Assembly: GCA_965267575.1 (NCBI GenBank)
Contig: OZ254086.1
Location: 2,080,001-2,144,000 of the forward strand
Direction: 5' to 3'
DNA: 64,000 nucleotides
Source of the DNA: Calditrichales bacterium
GTDB taxonomy: Bacteria; Calditrichota; Calditrichia; Calditrichales; J004
Shown here: positions 57,009-64,000 of the stretch, piece by piece
How the letters are laid out: every line of letters begins with the position of its first letter
How positions within the stretch are numbered: position 1 is the first letter of the stretch
The notes under the pieces: generated by a model
Databases searched by the model: none
What the model was told of the DNA's origin: nothing
Seen by the model: only the letters and a program-made list of their open reading frames with translations
Program-made: the position numbers and the translations under genes

Positions 57009-57725
57009 ATGCAGAAGCCAGCCTACAAGCGGGTCCTGTTAAAGCTTAGTGGTGAATCGCTTGCCGGAGAAAACAAATACGGCATAGACGCAAAAGTACT
57101 GGAAAGATTTGCCACAGAAGTTAAGGAAGCCGTGGACAGCGGCGTTCAGCTGGGAATCGTGATAGGTGGTGGAAATATTTTCCGCGGCCTTTCCGAACAG
57201 GCCGCGCATATGGACAGGGTAAGCGCAGACCATATGGGCATGCTGGCAACGGTCATCAACAGCCTCGCTCTGCAGGATGCTTTGGAGCGCAAAGGTGTCT
57301 TTACGCGTGTGATGTCTGCCATCAATATGCAGGAAGTCGCTGAACCGTTCATCCGACGCAAGGCAATCAAACACCTGGAAAAAGGTCGTGTAGTCATTTT
57401 TGGTGCCGGGACAGGAAATCCTTATTTTACAACCGATACGGCTGCCGTTCTGCGTGCCGTAGAAGTGAAAGCGGATGTGATTTTGAAAGGCACCCGGGTA
57501 GACGGCGTCTTTGATGCTGATCCCGAAAAAGTAAAGGAAGCCGTAAAGTTTGACAATCTTAGCTATATGGAAGTTGTTAAACGTGGCCTTAAGGTTATGG
57601 ATACAACGGCAATTACATTGTCAATGGATAATGCTTTACCGATAATCGTATTCAACTTTAATACGGCGCAGAATCTTCTGCGCGTTTTGGCTGGAGAAAA
57701 CGTCGGCACAAAAGTACAGAGGTGA
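57009..57725 (+). CDS. pyrH: UMP kinase
   Basis: [28 protein letters not shown]. Confidence 0.96.
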   Translation: MQKPAYKRVLLKLSGESLAGENKYGIDAKVLERFATEVKEAVDSGVQLGIVIGGGNIFRGLSEQAAHMDRVSADHMGMLATVINSLALQDALERKGVFTRVMSAINMQEVAEPFIRRKAIKHLEKGRVVIFGAGTGNPYFTTDTAAVLRAVEVKADVILKGTRVDGVFDADPEKVKEAVKFDNLSYMEVVKRGLKVMDTTAITLSMDNALPIIVFNFNTAQNLLRVLAGENVGTKVQR

Positions 57726-57728
57726 CTT

Positions 57729-58289
57729 ATGACAGCAAAAGAGATTGTTAAGGATGCAAGAAGCCGCATGGACAAGGCGATCGAGAGTTTTCAGTCGGAA
57801 TTAAGCAAAGTTCGCACCGGTCGTGCTAATCCGGCTCTTTTGGACGGTGTAAAGGTAGATTACTATGGCCAAATGGTTCCAATAAACCAGGCTTCCAATA
57901 TTTCGGTCCCGGAACCGCGAATGATCCTGATACAGCCCTGGGAAAAATCGATGTTGGGTGAAATCGAGAAAGCTATTCAGAAGGCGGACCTTGGACTGAA
58001 CCCTTCCAATGACGGCAGCATTATTCGAATTCCCATCCCACAGTTAAGCGAAGAGCGTCGAAAGGATATGGTGAGGGTTGTAAAGAAGTTTGCTGAAGAA
58101 GCCCGTATTGCTGTAAGAAATATTCGCCGTGATGCGAATGATCATCTAAAAAAGCTGGAAAAAAGTAATGAGTTGTCTGAAGATGAACTCAGTGTTGAAC
58201 TTGACGAAATTCAGCAATTGACGGATGGGCATACCAAACGCATCGACGAAATACTGGAACATAAGGAAAATGAGGTCATGGAGATATAG
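57729..58289 (+). CDS. frr: Ribosome recycling factor
   Basis: RTGRANP.LLD, LGLNP.NDG, LSEERRK, VRNIRRD. Confidence 0.96.
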   Translation: MTAKEIVKDARSRMDKAIESFQSELSKVRTGRANPALLDGVKVDYYGQMVPINQASNISVPEPRMILIQPWEKSMLGEIEKAIQKADLGLNPSNDGSIIRIPIPQLSEERRKDMVRVVKKFAEEARIAVRNIRRDANDHLKKLEKSNELSEDELSVELDEIQQLTDGHTKRIDEILEHKENEVMEI

Positions 58290-58314
58290 TATTTCCGTGC
58301 TTCCTAAAAGTCAT

Positions 58315-58347
58315 AGGGCTGAACTTTAGTGTTCAGCCTTTTTTTTT
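58315..58347 (+). terminator. Rho-independent terminator after frr
   Basis: gggctgaac-tttagt-gttcagcct followed by a T run. Confidence 0.78.
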
Positions 58348-58515
58348 GGCCAAACCGAAGTACTCAAGACCAGGCAAAGCGACCCGAATATCCCGTAAAT
58401 ATTTAATTTATGATTTAAAACACAATCGTTCTTAGGTGTATCTGATTAAAATTGTAACCGTATTTGTCAGTATTTTTCGAGCCGAATATTTATAACGAAT
58501 CCGTAATTTTAAGGA

Positions 58516-59505
58516 GTGACCTTGATCCCGAAAGTGAATGTAACGGATCATAAAAAGATTATTAACACTGTAATTGTAGGATGGAATAACGAAGCTGCGG
58601 GATTGTATGACAAGCTGCTTGGGTTTCCGGCCTTAGGTTATAACGTTAAGGGTTTTATCAGGCCGCACGGTTCTAAAGAAAACAGCCATTACAAAAATGT
58701 GCCTGTCATCGGTGACGTCAAAACACTTGCCGAAGTGATCGATGAAAATAATATCGATGAGGTCTTGATTGTTCTTGCTCCACCCGAGCAAAGTTATCTT
58801 TCGGATATTTTAAGAATCTGCAAGCGTTGCGGGGTTAAGCATAAGATAGTAGCCGACACCTATGATGAAGCCCATAAACATGTTGTCCGCGATATAATCA
58901 GGGATTCCCTTAATGTTCGCGATTTTGGCTTGCGGCGCATCATCGATTTTAGCGGCGCGCTTATCATGTTGATTTTTTTATTTCCCCTGTTCGTAATAGT
59001 CGCGATTGCTATTCGTGTTGAATCACGTGGCCCCATTTTTTATTCGCAGCAAAGATGCGGCAAAAACAGCAGGATTTTTTCCGTCTTCAAGTTTCGCTCC
59101 ATGGTGCAGGACGCGGAAAAATTATCTGGACCCGTCTGGGCACAGAAAAATGATCCGCGCATAACGAAAGTAGGCCGATTTATGCGTAAAACACGTATAG
59201 ACGAACTACCGCAGTTGATGAATATTCTTCGTGGAGATATGAGCTTTATCGGTCCCCGGCCCGAGCGTCCGTTTTTTGTGGAGTCTTTCCGAAAGCAGAT
59301 TCCAATGTATATGAACCGCCTCAAAGTAAAACCTGGAGTGACCGGTCTGGCGCAGGTTACGGTTGGATATGATGAAACTCTGGAAGACGTAAAAGAAAAA
59401 ATCGCCCGTGACATAGAATATATCGACCAGGCGGATTCCTGGAAAATGAACGCTTATATCTTATGGAAAACCTTTTTTGTTGTTCTTATGGGAGAGGGTC
59501 AATAA
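58516..59505 (+). CDS. Polyprenyl-phosphate sugar phosphotransferase (priming GT, WcaJ/WbaP-like, no N-terminal TM bundle)
   Basis: CoA-binding-like N-domain; one hydrophobic segment; KFRSM, DPRITKVG, DELPQL, GPRPERP, KPGVTGLAQV. Confidence 0.88.
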   Translation: MTLIPKVNVTDHKKIINTVIVGWNNEAAGLYDKLLGFPALGYNVKGFIRPHGSKENSHYKNVPVIGDVKTLAEVIDENNIDEVLIVLAPPEQSYLSDILRICKRCGVKHKIVADTYDEAHKHVVRDIIRDSLNVRDFGLRRIIDFSGALIMLIFLFPLFVIVAIAIRVESRGPIFYSQQRCGKNSRIFSVFKFRSMVQDAEKLSGPVWAQKNDPRITKVGRFMRKTRIDELPQLMNILRGDMSFIGPRPERPFFVESFRKQIPMYMNRLKVKPGVTGLAQVTVGYDETLEDVKEKIARDIEYIDQADSWKMNAYILWKTFFVVLMGEGQ

Positions 59506-59705
59506 CTATAATGTTATTATGGTTTAAATGAAAACTTTCTCGCTTTTTTATTTAACCTTATGCTAAGTCTTGGCGAAATCTATTATTCCCTGTCAAAGCC
59601 GTTTTTACGGCTGTTTTTTTGTTACACATCAAAATCTCCGGCAGCAGCAGGTGTATATTATGCACTTGACCTGGCGAAGCCGTATCTAAACAAAAAGTAG
59701 CTAAT

Positions 59706-60527
59706 ATGGAAAAGATAAAAATTGATTCGAAGTTTGCTGATAAGCATGGCGAAATAATGATCGTCGAGCTTGGTGGTCACGTAGACCAGTCTAACAGCTT
59801 TCAACTTCAAAAAATGTTTGATGATATCATTGACAGCGGCGTTTTTAAAGTCATTGTTAATTTTCACGGGTTGCACTATATGAGCAGTGCCGGATGGGGC
59901 ATTTTTGTTGGTGAAGTCAAACGTTTCAGGGAAAAGGGCGGTGATATTAAGCTTGCTGCTATGACACCTGAAATTAACGACGTTTACCAAATGCTCGAAT
60001 TCTATCATATTCTGGACGATTACACCAGCGTCGAAGCGGCTGCAAAAGCATTTGAAAAGTCATCTGAAATGCTCGATGTGACATCGGATGAAGATGAGGA
60101 GACAAACACAAATGTTGTTGTCGATGTAAATGACAGTGCAGACGAAGACAAGGAAGAAATCGAATTAAGTGATGACCAAAGCGTAGCGGATGACGAATCG
60201 CCGGCACCCCCGCCCAGACGTGATCATGCTGAGGTGATTGAAATGATTCCTAGTTCTTCTCAAACACCTTCGGGACGGAAGTCTCACAGAGATTTTATAC
60301 CACATACTCTGACTCAGGATGTTAAGCTTGCCGACTTGCCTGTTGCTGAAAAAGTCAAAAAGGTCATTTCGGAAAACCCGCTTGTCGGGCTTTGGGATAT
60401 TAAACGTATTCTCAAACATGAGCATTTTGGAAACACAAGAATCGGCGTTTTAAAATTATGGCGCCTTTTAAAAGACCTTGACCTGGACAACCGTGAAAAA
60501 CGCTACCGTTACTACAGGTCTTGTTAA
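59706..60527 (+). CDS. STAS-domain (anti-sigma factor antagonist) protein with acidic linker and extra C-terminal domain
   Basis: LGGHVD, YMSSAGWG, GGDIKL STAS motifs in the first 115 aa or so. Confidence 0.78.
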   Translation: MEKIKIDSKFADKHGEIMIVELGGHVDQSNSFQLQKMFDDIIDSGVFKVIVNFHGLHYMSSAGWGIFVGEVKRFREKGGDIKLAAMTPEINDVYQMLEFYHILDDYTSVEAAAKAFEKSSEMLDVTSDEDEETNTNVVVDVNDSADEDKEEIELSDDQSVADDESPAPPPRRDHAEVIEMIPSSSQTPSGRKSHRDFIPHTLTQDVKLADLPVAEKVKKVISENPLVGLWDIKRILKHEHFGNTRIGVLKLWRLLKDLDLDNREKRYRYYRSC

Positions 60528-60548
60528 TTTTTGGGAGACAAAAATCAT

Positions 60549-61196
60549 ATGCCTAAATACATTCTGATATCGTTTCTGCTGTTTTCATTTTCACTGGCAC
60601 AAACAGATACAACCTATCCCTTTAAGCCGGGTGATGGTATTCAGATAAGTACCTTTCCGGACAGCACGTTTTTAAGCCGCGTTTTTCCGATTGATGATCG
60701 CGGCTATGCTGAGTTCCCCATTGTTGGAGAGATTGATGTTTCCAAAATGACGGAACAGGAATTGGTAGATTTCATTAAGAGTACATATACCAATTACCTT
60801 CGTCACCCCAATGTGCGTGTTAAGCCGGTTGTGCGTATCAGTATGCTTGGCGGGTTTATGCGTCCCGGCTTGTATTATGTGGATATTAACAGTTCTCTTT
60901 GGGAAGCTGTGCATTTGGCTGGGGGAACGCTACTTGAAGATGGCATTTATGAAATGCGCTGGGAACGTAATCATGACGATGTTGTAGATGACACCGCCCC
61001 TGTTTTTGAAAGAGGCATATCATTGAGAGAGCTGGGCTTTAAGTCCGGCGATCAGATCTGGACACCTTCGCCCGCGGCCAGAACGTTCTGGGATACTATC
61101 CGTGATGTCATGCCCATCCTGACTTTTTCGACTACGTTGTGGGCGATCTACAACACTTATCAGCGCGATGCGATATTGTTGCGCGGTGTAAGATAA
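60549..61196 (+). CDS. wza: Polysaccharide export protein (Wza-like, Poly_export + SLBB)
   Basis: FKPGDGIQI, DRG...FPIVGEI, PGLY, AGG; directly upstream of a wzc-like gene. Confidence 0.72.
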   Translation: MPKYILISFLLFSFSLAQTDTTYPFKPGDGIQISTFPDSTFLSRVFPIDDRGYAEFPIVGEIDVSKMTEQELVDFIKSTYTNYLRHPNVRVKPVVRISMLGGFMRPGLYYVDINSSLWEAVHLAGGTLLEDGIYEMRWERNHDDVVDDTAPVFERGISLRELGFKSGDQIWTPSPAARTFWDTIRDVMPILTFSTTLWAIYNTYQRDAILLRGVR

Positions 61197-61213
61197 ATTT
61201 TTGAGGAATAGTA

Positions 61214-63556
61214 ATGTTACAAAATAATTCTTCCAATAATTCGGCAAACGCTCCCGTAGGAATAGATTTCAAACGCTATTACCGCCTCTTCAAGCGTAAG
61301 AAGTGGCTCATCCTTGGGATTTTTAGCGTTGTTTTTGTTTTCGTTTTTCTGGCGGCATTAAGGCTGGGGCCTGAGAAGATTTACACAACAAGTGCTCTTC
61401 TTCAGTTTGACGACAGGCGCGCTTTGTCCGGTATAGAAGACCGCGGACGGGCCGAAAACGACAGCAAGCTTGGCATGTTAATGTCGCGCAGTTTTTTGAA
61501 AAATGTCGTGGATAAGCTGAACTATACGTTTCAGATAAGTGGTTCCATTCGCCGCGCCAATGCTGTAGATTCGATTTACCTGGCTGGAGACCACAAGCTC
61601 GGCAAATACCGCATTGAAAAAGACAATGGCCAGTTTAAGCTGCTTTATACCAGTCCGGATAAAACGGTTGAAGAAAAAGTTATTTTTGAGGGTGACCTTG
61701 CACCCGATTACCGTCTTGCGATAAACGGATTTGAGCTTTACACACGAAAGAACTTTTGGGACACTCACCAGAAGCTGCAATTTTATCTGCTTAACGAATT
61801 GCAGGCCGTTGAAAAATTGCGTTCATCCCTTAATCCCAATTTTAAGAACCGCAGCCGTACACTGCTCGGCATTGAAATTTCCGGCACGGACCCGGATTTT
61901 ATAACGCTTACCCTTAACACGTTAATTGATGAGTTTGTTAAGCAAAATATCGATTTTAAAAAATATCACACACGTGAAGTATTGAATATACTTTCAGAGC
62001 AGCTGAAGACAGCAAAAGCAGACCTTGATTCGGCCGTTGAAGATCTGAAAGTCTTTCGTGAAAAGAACCCCTGGGTTGGACTTGACCCCGGGGCAACCGG
62101 CGCCATTACCGGCATTTCTTCGCTGGAAAGCGATAAGCTGAACGTGCAGGACAATACCGCCGAACTGGAAATGCTGCTGAACAGGGTTTCAAATGTTTCC
62201 GGTGAAGCCAAGTACCCGATTCTCAGTGAAATTCTGTCATTCCTTGGTGCTTCCGGTGTCGCGACTGTTCCTGCATTGAGCTCCGAACTTGCCAGTTTAA
62301 GAGCAGAGCGAGATCGACTTCAGGCCTCTTATTCTGCTGACCACCCCGTTATTCAGGAGAATGAACGCAAGCTTGGTTCGCTGGAAGAAAAGATCCTCTT
62401 AACGACCAGGAATCTGATAAACAGCTACAATGACAGAATCGCAAAGATCAACTCGCAAATACGGGAAGAATCTTACAAGATACGAAGCCTCCCGACGAAG
62501 GAGCTGCAATTTGCGGAATTACAGCGCAGGCGAAATGTTGCCGACCAGATCTATTCGTCATTGCTGGTGCGCCACAATCAGGCAAAGGTAGCAGACGCGG
62601 TCGAAGTGGGCGATGTCATTGTTCTTGATGAGGCAGTTAAGCCGCTTGGCGGCGGAAGCTTTGCGCAGCTTCTTAAATATCTGATCCTTGCTTTTGGTCT
62701 TGGCATTGCGCTCAGTTTCGGCTCGGTTATCGCGTTTGATTTTCTGGATAAAACCGTCCGGACATCAGATGAGTTAGAAAAGGCTGTCCCGATTCGTGTT
62801 GTTGCTAAAATACCAGTTGTAGGTTCAGCAAGGGATATCCCGGAAGAGGTGTTTGACAGCACAAAGCGTATTGACCCCAAGCTGGTGACTGCGGACTATT
62901 CGCCTACCCCTATGGGTGAAGCGTATCGCAGCCTGCGGACGCAGCTTTTATTTAGCAACGAACACAAGCGCAACCGCTCGTTGTTTATAACATCGCTGAA
63001 CCCGGGCGAGGGAAAGTCGCTCAATGCCGGCAACCTGGCAATCACCTTTGCGCAGCAGAAAATTCCAACATTGCTTGTTGATGCTGATCTGAGAAGGGGC
63101 GTGCTGCACAGCTCTTTTGCCTGCGACAAAAAGCCCGGTCTTTCGGATTTCCTTTACTCCAATGCGGACATCAATGAGGAGAATATCCGAAAGGTAATTC
63201 AGCAAACACACATCCCGAATCTGCACCTGCTGAGCAGCGGTATGCCGGTGCCAAACCCTTCGGAAATTCTTGGTTCGCAGCGTGGAAAAGATGTAATACG
63301 CTTTTTGAACGAGCGTTTTGGTTTTGTGATTGTTGATACACCGCCGATCATGGTTACGGCAGATTCTGTTGTGATCTCACAATATGTGGATCAGGGTCTG
63401 TTTGTTATACGTGCCGGAAAAACCAACGTGGACGAGGTAAAGCAGAAAATTGCAGAATACCAGGACTTCCACAAAAAACTGTTTGGCCTGGTGCTGAATT
63501 GTGCCGAGCTGGATGTTAAGGAAGAAAACTATAAGTATTCCTACTACAACTATTAA
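61214..63556 (+). CDS. wzc: Polysaccharide co-polymerase / BY tyrosine kinase
   Basis: Two TMs flanking a coiled-coil periplasmic domain; EAYRSLRT, PGEGKS, DADLRRG, DTPP; Tyr-rich tail YKYSYYNY. Confidence 0.9.
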   Translation: MLQNNSSNNSANAPVGIDFKRYYRLFKRKKWLILGIFSVVFVFVFLAALRLGPEKIYTTSALLQFDDRRALSGIEDRGRAENDSKLGMLMSRSFLKNVVDKLNYTFQISGSIRRANAVDSIYLAGDHKLGKYRIEKDNGQFKLLYTSPDKTVEEKVIFEGDLAPDYRLAINGFELYTRKNFWDTHQKLQFYLLNELQAVEKLRSSLNPNFKNRSRTLLGIEISGTDPDFITLTLNTLIDEFVKQNIDFKKYHTREVLNILSEQLKTAKADLDSAVEDLKVFREKNPWVGLDPGATGAITGISSLESDKLNVQDNTAELEMLLNRVSNVSGEAKYPILSEILSFLGASGVATVPALSSELASLRAERDRLQASYSADHPVIQENERKLGSLEEKILLTTRNLINSYNDRIAKINSQIREESYKIRSLPTKELQFAELQRRRNVADQIYSSLLVRHNQAKVADAVEVGDVIVLDEAVKPLGGGSFAQLLKYLILAFGLGIALSFGSVIAFDFLDKTVRTSDELEKAVPIRVVAKIPVVGSARDIPEEVFDSTKRIDPKLVTADYSPTPMGEAYRSLRTQLLFSNEHKRNRSLFITSLNPGEGKSLNAGNLAITFAQQKIPTLLVDADLRRGVLHSSFACDKKPGLSDFLYSNADINEENIRKVIQQTHIPNLHLLSSGMPVPNPSEILGSQRGKDVIRFLNERFGFVIVDTPPIMVTADSVVISQYVDQGLFVIRAGKTNVDEVKQKIAEYQDFHKKLFGLVLNCAELDVKEENYKYSYYNY

Positions 63557-63633
63557 TAAAGTTCTGAAAGTCTAAATGGAGAGGGATTTTTATCATCGAT
63601 AGAAATCCCTTTTTTTAACCCTCTTAAAACGTT

Positions 63634-64000
63634 ATGAGTCTTCTGCTTCATCATTTTCTGGAAAACAGTGCCGACAAAAATCCGGATAAGCCCGCTTTGT
63701 GGCATAAGGAAAACTGGTACGATTACCGTTCTCTGGAAGAGGGCGCAAACAAAATAGCCGGTTTTTTGATCAGTAAGAATTTGCGCAAAGGTGACCGGGT
63801 GGCGATGATCTGGGAAAACAGTTTTCACTATGTCGCAATTTACTACGGCATCCTGAAGGCCGGCGGGGTTGTGGTCGCCCTCAATACAGAGACCACCCCA
63901 GACAGCATCGCCTATTTGCTGGATAATTCCGGCGCGCGCTTTTTCTTTGTCCAGAAAACATTCGCCCGTTTTGTGAAGCCGATTAAAGACAAAATAAATG
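63634..64000 (+). CDS. AMP-binding (acyl-CoA ligase-like) protein, 5' part; runs off window end
   Basis: Manual translation: MSLLLHHFLENSADKNPDKPAL...YDYRSLEEGANKIAGFL...KGDRVAM...GILKAGGVVVALN. Confidence 0.82.
   Translation, partial: MSLLLHHFLENSADKNPDKPALWHKENWYDYRSLEEGANKIAGFLISKNLRKGDRVAMIWENSFHYVAIYYGILKAGGVVVALNTETTPDSIAYLLDNSGARFFFVQKTFARFVKPIKDKIN

Noticed and set aside
63553-63828. 91-aa reverse-strand ORF at the window end
   Set aside because: Overlaps the forward AMP-binding gene, which has clear family motifs.

Overview
Bacterial chromosomal window; Gram-negative envelope genes, GSIII, FabV, a group-II-like GGGP synthase and the 16S sequence suggest an FCB-superphylum organism such as KSB1/Calditrichota (inference, not verified). 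From left to right: partial TetR gene; a beta-propeller-amidohydrolase, an M48 peptidase and a lipocalin; a CzcCBA-type heavy-metal RND pump divergent from a CusRS/CzcRS-like two-component system; and, directly behind that sensor, a five-gene putative trans-envelope electron conduit. The conduit encodes a His-rich membrane protein, a 20-heme and a 25-heme cytochrome c, an outer-membrane beta-barrel, and a membrane-anchored ferredoxin fused to a circularly permuted TrxR-like flavoprotein. Next come DoxX, a Na+/solute symporter, an M16 peptidase flanked by composite REP-like repeats, Lrp plus GSIII, a 12x8-bp microsatellite, ABC-F, a creatininase-like protein, a 2OG-Fe(II) oxygenase, fabV, pgi and clpC. 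Two head-to-tail rRNA operons follow (only the first carries tRNA-Ile/Ala), then a reverse-strand GNAT-WbqC-GGGPS-gmhA-epimerase cluster, rplM-rpsI, the rpsB leader and rpsB-tsf-pyrH-frr, and the start of an exopolysaccharide locus. The most interesting element is the metal-sensor-linked NAD(P)H-to-porin multiheme cluster (about 11.8-21.3 kb). All calls come from reading motifs by eye; no searches were run.
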